NCBI GenBank assembly: GCA_965208835.1
Contig: OZ242358.1
Span: 4,032,001 to 4,096,000, forward strand
Direction: 5' to 3'
Origin: Candidatus Latescibacterota bacterium
GTDB lineage: Bacteria > Latescibacterota > UBA2968 > GCA-2709665
DNA length: 64,000 bases
Shown: positions 58,740-64,000 of the stretch, one piece after another
Numbering within the stretch: the first letter of the stretch is position 1
Layout: each line of letters starts with the position of its first letter
Program-made: the position numbers and the translations under genes
Notes under the pieces: generated by a model
Databases searched by the model: none
Seen by the model: only the letters and a program-made list of their open reading frames with translations
Told to the model about the DNA's origin: nothing

Positions 58740-61616
58740 CTACGATCCAAACGCATCGACGAACTTGAAGAAGTCCGCGAAATCCACGGTCCCGTTGCCA
58801 TCCAGGTCGAACTTTGCGTTCGTGCTGCCGTAAGCGTCCGCAAACAGGAAGAAATCGACGAAATCCGTCCTGCCGTCGCCGTTGAAATCCGTCGCCGCTT
58901 GCGTCTGCCCCTCACCGCAGTAGGGCAGACCGACCTGGTCCAGGTCGTTGTTCGCAACGTCCTCCAGGCCCGCCGGGATGCAGCCTTTCAACTGGTTGCC
59001 TGAGAGATACAGGTGCGTCAGGTTGGTGAGGCTATCGAGTTCCGCGGGTATGGAGCCGGTCAACCGGTTGTTGGCGAGACTCAGCGTGGTCAAGCGTGTC
59101 AGGTTGCCAAGCTCCGCCGGTATGGAGCCGGTCAACTGATTGCTGTGCAGATTCAGTTTGGTCAGCCTGGACAGGTTGCCCAGTTCAGACGGGATCGCGC
59201 CGCTCAACCGGTTGCGGTAGAATTCCAGATGAACCAGGTTTGATAGATTGCCCACTTCGGAAGGAATTGCTCCGCTTAACTGGTTGGAATAGAGATACAG
59301 CGACACAAGGAAGTTGAGGTTGCCAATTTCCGCGGGGATTGGACCGCTCAACCGGTTCAATTCGAGATTTAGCTCAATGACCCGGCCGGTGCCGGTTGTA
59401 CTGACACCCTTCCACTCTTCAATGGGCGTGGCACTGAGCCAGTTCGTCTTGTCACGCCAGTTGGGGCCGCTGGTGGCATTGTACAGCGCAGCCAGGGCGA
59501 CGCTGTCCGGGTTGGCCGGCGTGGAAGCCGGCGAAGATGCCCCCGTCCACTCCGAGGCGTCCCACAGTTCGATCCCGTTCAGCCCGACCGAAGCAAGCAG
59601 GGATCCGTCGGGAGAAAACACCCCGTTGATCCCGAAGCCACTTCCGTCCTCCAGGTGGTCCGGATGCCCAAGCCTGGCGACTTTCTCCGTCGTCGCCGCG
59701 TCCCACACGAGGACCTCCCCCAGTCCCGCGCCGGTGGCGAGCACCGACCCGTCCGAGGAAAACGACGGCTTTCCATGCCCCTGAAGGGTTGCGGTCGTGT
59801 CCCGCGCCGCCACGTCCCAAAGCACCATGGGTCCGTCGGTACTCGAAGCGAGAACGGTCCCGTCTGGCGAGAACGCCACGTCCAGGACCCGTCCGGTCTT
59901 GCCCTCAAGTGTCGCGATATTGGTACGTGTCGCCGTGTTCCACAGCTTGACCGTGCCGTCCCTTGAACCGGACGCGAGTGTACCATCGGATGAAAACGCT
60001 ACAGAGAAGACGTGACTCGTGTGCCCCGTGAGGGTGGCGATCAGCGTCCGGCTGGATACGTCCCAGAGCTTGATCGTCCTGTCGCCCGAGCCTGAAGCGA
60101 GGGTGTCGCCGCCGGGCGAGAACGCAAGCGAATGGACCCCCGTGGGGCCCCCCGTATGCCCCGGCAGCGTGGCGATCAGGGTCTGGTCCGCCACGTTCCA
60201 CAGCTTGATATTGGCCTCGTCGGTCCGGGTGGAACCGGAAGCGAGCGTGGCGCCGTCGGGCGAGAACGCAAGCGAAGAACCGCCACCGCTGAGTGACGCG
60301 GTATGGACTCGCGACGTCATATTCCATAGTTGGATCCCCGCCGACGAATTCACAGCGAGGACCGATCCGTCAGGAGAAAACTTCGCGCCATAGATCTCCG
60401 GTGAATATTTCCCCGTAAATCTGAATAACGTGGCGAGGTGGTGTTCCGACGCTTCCGCAAAGACGAAATGCGTATCGTGCAGTGGTCCGGTATTCGCATT
60501 TCCCTCTGTATCGACCGCGAGGACCGACACGTACTGCGCGGGGGAGGCGGAAAGACTTGAAACGCCTTCAGAGGGAATGATGCCGTCGTAGTCGAACGTG
60601 GCGACAGCCTGATTCTGACCGGTGAAAACCCGGCACGATTTCACTTCCTGCGATCCCGCGGCCGCGTGGGGCGATTTCGTCTTGAGGAAGAACACAACCT
60701 GGTGAAGTCCTCTGCTGCCGGAAGCCGTAACCCTGAACTGAACGGAGAAGCTCGTTGCCCCGGCCGGATATCTCAGCGGCGAGATCAGCTCTACGCCCGG
60801 CGAGTTGAATGCCCCCAGGTCGTATCCACCCTGATATCCCTTGATCGGGATTGCCGGATTGAAATAGGGATGTACAGACAGCAGGCCGGCGCTGCACGCC
60901 GCAAGCCGGTTCCATCCCGGGCCATACGACATGATGTTGGCGCCATCGTTGAAATCGTGCTGCAAGCCGAAGGCATGGCCGAGTTCGTGGGCCGCCGTTT
61001 CATCGATGAAGCTGGCGGGCAGCAGCGCGTAACCGCGGTTATCCGCCCACCGGGCGCCAAAGCCCGCCACGTTGCCCCAGCCCAGGTTGTTGTACGTGCT
61101 GTGGTCAACAACGATGAAGAAGATGTTCTGGCTCGTGTCGAACGTCGATCCCAGGTCCCTGAAGACGTTTCCAATGCCGACCATGCGATACGAGGAGAGA
61201 TAGCTGGCATCGGAGTTTGGCGCGTCGAAACGGCGTACGATCGGATCGCCCTGCGCGTCGGTCTCATACTCAAAGGTCATGGCGCCTTTGCCGTTCGACT
61301 GCATCTGGTTGAGGAAGAAGGTCCTGATCCGGGGAATCCGCGCCTTCATCGAATCGACCACGTCCGGGTTGAACGTCCTGTCGTTCGGCAGGAAATAGAT
61401 AAGGCGCAACTGGCGTGTCTGGCCGGAATCCGACACCGCCGCCCGCTTGAAGGCCGGACCGAACGCCAGTTCATGCCCTAAGTGCTCATGATCCCGCGCC
61501 TGGCAGGAATGCGTCCAACCGAATTCGGGAGAAGAGGCGTATGCGAACGGCGACAACAACAGGACAGCCATACAGGTGGGAAAGACGGCAGAAACGATGG
61601 GGATTTTATCGGACAT
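58740..61616 (-). CDS. Secreted metzincin + WD40 + plant-RLK-type LRR + dockerin-like (class B)
   Basis: AHELGHAFGLQH..IMSY; WD40s; ALAALYNAT.GPNW..NW.S..W.GV cap followed by N.LSG.IP.E.GNL repeats; C-terminal tag. Confidence 0.88.
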   Translation of the reverse strand: MSDKIPIVSAVFPTCMAVLLLSPFAYASSPEFGWTHSCQARDHEHLGHELAFGPAFKRAAVSDSGQTRQLRLIYFLPNDRTFNPDVVDSMKARIPRIRTFFLNQMQSNGKGAMTFEYETDAQGDPIVRRFDAPNSDASYLSSYRMVGIGNVFRDLGSTFDTSQNIFFIVVDHSTYNNLGWGNVAGFGARWADNRGYALLPASFIDETAAHELGHAFGLQHDFNDGANIMSYGPGWNRLAACSAGLLSVHPYFNPAIPIKGYQGGYDLGAFNSPGVELISPLRYPAGATSFSVQFRVTASGSRGLHQVVFFLKTKSPHAAAGSQEVKSCRVFTGQNQAVATFDYDGIIPSEGVSSLSASPAQYVSVLAVDTEGNANTGPLHDTHFVFAEASEHHLATLFRFTGKYSPEIYGAKFSPDGSVLAVNSSAGIQLWNMTSRVHTASLSGGGSSLAFSPDGATLASGSTRTDEANIKLWNVADQTLIATLPGHTGGPTGVHSLAFSPGGDTLASGSGDRTIKLWDVSSRTLIATLTGHTSHVFSVAFSSDGTLASGSRDGTVKLWNTATRTNIATLEGKTGRVLDVAFSPDGTVLASSTDGPMVLWDVAARDTTATLQGHGKPSFSSDGSVLATGAGLGEVLVWDAATTEKVARLGHPDHLEDGSGFGINGVFSPDGSLLASVGLNGIELWDASEWTGASSPASTPANPDSVALAALYNATSGPNWRDKTNWLSATPIEEWKGVSTTGTGRVIELNLELNRLSGPIPAEIGNLNFLVSLYLYSNQLSGAIPSEVGNLSNLVHLEFYRNRLSGAIPSELGNLSRLTKLNLHSNQLTGSIPAELGNLTRLTTLSLANNRLTGSIPAELDSLTNLTHLYLSGNQLKGCIPAGLEDVANNDLDQVGLPYCGEGQTQAATDFNGDGRTDFVDFFLFADAYGSTNAKFDLDGNGTVDFADFFKFVDAFGS
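58743..58892 (-). repeat. Class B dockerin-like cassette, copy 6
   Basis: TDFNGDGRTDFVDFFLFADAYGSTNAKFDLDGNGTVDFADFFKFVDAFGS. Confidence 0.85.
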
Positions 61617-61680
61617 TCGTACCTCCAGGTATCACATAGAGCGCCCGACAGTTTACGTGACCACGCACCATTGGACAGGA

Positions 61681-61724
61681 ACCCTGAGCCGCTCCCTGAG
61701 CCTGTCGAAGGGTCGGCGAAGGGT
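61681..61724. repeat. Nested CCCTGAGC..CGAAGGG REP-like element
   Basis: ACCCTGAGCCGCT-CCCTGAGCCTGTCGAAGGG-TCGGCGAAGGGT. Confidence 0.55.
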
Positions 61725-61735
61725 GAAAAAAGCGG

Positions 61736-61764
61736 CGAAACTGTCGCAAAATGCGACAGTTTCG
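61736..61764. promoter_or_regulatory. Palindrome CGAAACTGTCGCA-AAA-TGCGACAGTTTCG upstream of the secreted-protein cluster
   Basis: 13-bp perfect arms with the same core as the motif around the WYL/cas genes. Confidence 0.5.
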
Positions 61765-61844
61765 GCAGGATAATTCCGAACATCAGCTCAATCCTGCGGG
61801 AACCAAATAGAACTATGCTGTGGAGAAAAATGCGCGAAGGTCGT

Positions 61845-62276
61845 TTACTGGATTGGATTTGCGGTGAGAAACATGGAATTCGCCAGGGACGTGAAGAAAT
61901 TCTGGTAGATTACGGGTTCCCTGACCGGACCGCGGTAGTACGCATTCATACGCACCAGCACCTGCGTTGTGCGCCTGCTACGTACGGTTACCGTTAATCG
62001 AATTGGATATTTGTCGATTCTTCTGGCTGTGATCGTCCCGAGCGCCTCGTCCGCCTTTTTGATGACAAAACCGAAATCCTGAAGTGTGGCGATGATGGCT
62101 CTCAACGTCCTGTTCTCATCCGTGGTATCGAACGCACGGGTCTGCATGCTTCGGATTTTCAGTGGACTTTCGGCCAACTCCAACTTCAATGGTTTTTTTT
62201 CTTTCGACATACAGACGCCGCCTGAAAGCCCGAAGAACGTGAGAATCAGCGTTGCGATGATGCTGGGACTCTTCAT
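61845..62276 (-). CDS. Hypothetical exported protein, RSMQTRAFDTTD family
   Basis: Hydrophobic N-terminus; RSMQTRAFDTTD..IATLQDFGF..TVTVR..YQNFF..SMFL. Confidence 0.75.
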   Translation of the reverse strand: MKSPSIIATLILTFFGLSGGVCMSKEKKPLKLELAESPLKIRSMQTRAFDTTDENRTLRAIIATLQDFGFVIKKADEALGTITARRIDKYPIRLTVTVRSRRTTQVLVRMNAYYRGPVREPVIYQNFFTSLANSMFLTANPIQ

Positions 62277-62332
62277 AATTCTGTACCCACGGTATTTACG
62301 GCAATATCGTTATGAATGACGATCAGGGCCGT

Positions 62333-62758
62333 TCAATCGACCTCGTGAGCGGTCAGAAACATTGATTTTTCCAGGAACCTGAAAAACTTCTGGTAAATTG
62401 AAGGATCTTCGACTCCCTTGCGATTGTATTCCAGATTGGCGCGCACCTCGACCTGGGTTTCGCCCCTTGGACGTACGGTTACCGTCATTTGCGCCCAATC
62501 GTTCCTTCTTGTCGCGCTGATAACGCCGAGCACTTTATTGGCTTCGTCTATGAGAAAGTCGAAATCCTGAAGTGTGGATATTACACTCCTGAGTGCCTTT
62601 TTTTCGTCCGTGGTGTCAAATGCGCGGGTCTGCATGCTCCGCAGGTTGATTTGACTGGTGTCCATCTTCATCAATTGCCCTTTGGAAGTTGCGCATCCGG
62701 ACAAACCGACTGAAATCGCGGTGACAATTGCGGTGAACGCTATCCTGGAAAATCCCAT
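62333..62758 (-). CDS. Hypothetical lipoprotein, RSMQTRAFDTTD family
   Basis: LSGC lipobox; same motifs as neighbours. Confidence 0.78.
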   Translation of the reverse strand: MGFSRIAFTAIVTAISVGLSGCATSKGQLMKMDTSQINLRSMQTRAFDTTDEKKALRSVISTLQDFDFLIDEANKVLGVISATRRNDWAQMTVTVRPRGETQVEVRANLEYNRKGVEDPSIYQKFFRFLEKSMFLTAHEVD

Positions 62759-62826
62759 ATTGCTGTTTACCTGGTGAATCACCGCTTGTATGGAAGCGAC
62801 GAGGTTAAGGCAGAAATAGCATCCAC

Positions 62827-63276
62827 TCAATCAACTTCATGAGCGGACAGGTAGATTGATTTTTCCAAAACGTTGAAGAAATTCTGATATACGAGCGGGT
62901 TTTTTACCGCTTTATCGTCGAACTGCGCGTTCGCTCGCACCAACAACTGGGTTTCGCCCCTCGGGCGGACCGTTACGGTGATCAGGAGCGGAAGTTTCTT
63001 CTTGGAAAACAGCTTATACTTTATGTCCGTTGTTCGGGCGCTGACCGTTCCGATCACTTCATTCGCCTCATTCACGATATAGCCCAGGTCCTGAAGTGTG
63101 GAAATCACAGTTCTGAGCATGCCTTCTTTATCGGTCGTGTCGAATGCACGGGTCTGCATGCTTCGCATCTCGACCTGGCTTTCGTCCATCTTCAACAGAT
63201 GCTCTTTCGATGACGCGCACGCGGAATAAACGAACAATGCGCCAATCGCGACCGCCAATTTCCCGGTTGCTGTCAT
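62827..63276 (-). CDS. Hypothetical lipoprotein, RSMQTRAFDTTD family
   Basis: YSAC lipobox-like; same motifs. Confidence 0.78.
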   Translation of the reverse strand: MTATGKLAVAIGALFVYSACASSKEHLLKMDESQVEMRSMQTRAFDTTDKEGMLRTVISTLQDLGYIVNEANEVIGTVSARTTDIKYKLFSKKKLPLLITVTVRPRGETQLLVRANAQFDDKAVKNPLVYQNFFNVLEKSIYLSAHEVD

Positions 63277-63884
63277 ATTTCCTGCCCTTCCAACAGAATT
63301 GACTTTGAGAGTAGATCGAAGAACCTCTGGTACATCTCCGGTTCATCCAGGCTTTGGAGCCGTGCCACTTCGTCATCTGTATTCCAGACAATCCGCTGAA
63401 ACGTCACTCTTACGTAGTGTATGCTGTCGTTATCCTCCGACGGCCGACGGATTACGATGGACGCCCACAGCTTCTGATAGTCGTCGACGGCGGGTACGTG
63501 AAAGATCTGGTCAAAGACATCTCCGTCTTTCGCAGCAGCCGCAGCCATCACGCCGAGCAGGAACGTCGTCGCGCCAATCAGCACCTGCTCCGCGCGCTGC
63601 GCTGCGTCAGGATCCGCATCTCTGTCTTTTGCGCCAACGATAAGTCCGAGACTGGTCTCGCTCTCATCGATGATGAAACCCAGGTCCTGAATCACGCCGG
63701 TCGACGCGGACAAGAGATCGGCTTCCGAAATCCCTTCGTATTTTCTTGTCTGTAAAGCCCGGTTTTGCAATGACTCCGGAGTTAGTCTAAGGACATGCGA
63801 GGGCAGGCCGCCCCTGGCACAGCCTGTCAACACCAGAGCCGCCATGACCAGTGGCAATACTGGATGTATCCTTGCCCGGATCAT
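63273..63884 (-). CDS. Hypothetical lipoprotein, divergent family member with hydrophobic insert
   Basis: LTGC lipobox; RALQTRKYE..IQDLGF..RVTFQR..YQRFF..SKSILLE; GGAGG RBS. Confidence 0.78.
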   Translation of the reverse strand: MIRARIHPVLPLVMAALVLTGCARGGLPSHVLRLTPESLQNRALQTRKYEGISEADLLSASTGVIQDLGFIIDESETSLGLIVGAKDRDADPDAAQRAEQVLIGATTFLLGVMAAAAAKDGDVFDQIFHVPAVDDYQKLWASIVIRRPSEDNDSIHYVRVTFQRIVWNTDDEVARLQSLDEPEMYQRFFDLLSKSILLEGQEI

Positions 63885-63946
63885 CCTGGGACCTCCTCTG
63901 TTTGGGCGGTCTCGCAACCAGCGCTTCGATACAGGGTTTGTACATT

Positions 63947-64000
63947 TCAGAACCGCGATGCGTGATAGGCGAAGTCTCTCACCTTCTTGTCCTCGTCGAA
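63947..64000 (-). CDS. 3' end of an upstream gene (partial)
   Basis: Reads FDEDKKVRDFAYHASRF*, reminiscent of the C-terminal strands of SmpA/BamE-like lipoproteins. Confidence 0.5.
   Translation of the reverse strand, partial: FDEDKKVRDFAYHASRF

Noticed and set aside
36288-61616. Diversity-generating retroelement or integron as the cause of the repeated cassettes
   Set aside because: No reverse transcriptase, integrase, attC-like array or adenine-specific variation is visible in the window.

Overview
GC-rich bacterial DNA. The gene content (PorV plus a T9SS-type C-terminal domain, many double EF-hand/dockerin-like tagged proteins, WD40/LRR/YWTD/FN3 eukaryotic-like repeats) suggests an FCB-superphylum organism such as a Latescibacterota/Gemmatimonadota-like host or sponge symbiont; this assignment is inference. 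Three zones: (1) 1-10 kb: a type I-C CRISPR-Cas operon on the minus strand (cas3-cas5-cas8c-cas7-cas4, running off the left edge, no array in the window). cas7 is split at an A8 tract. Upstream lie an exported helical protein, an orphan antitoxin and a WYL regulator in a mosaic of REP-like repeats, with a recurrent TGTCGCA-N3/5-TGCGACA palindrome. (2) 10-36 kb: housekeeping and envelope genes (YbjQ, MBL hydrolase, ABC transporter, S41 peptidase, GT2, RfbD, YyaL, Trm112, PorV locus, enolase, TPR protein, Nramp) with MITE-like inserts at TAG stop codons. (3) 36-64 kb: a minus-strand cluster of large modular secreted proteins carrying dockerin-like tags of two sequence classes, including one protein with two tandem cohesin-like modules, followed by a tandem array of lipoprotein-like paralogues. 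Best candidates for something new: a cellulosome-like cohesin-dockerin assembly displaying proteases and eukaryotic-like repeat proteins rather than CAZymes, and a WYL-controlled type I-C operon with a readable operator motif. All calls come from reading the sequence and recalled motifs; no searches were run.
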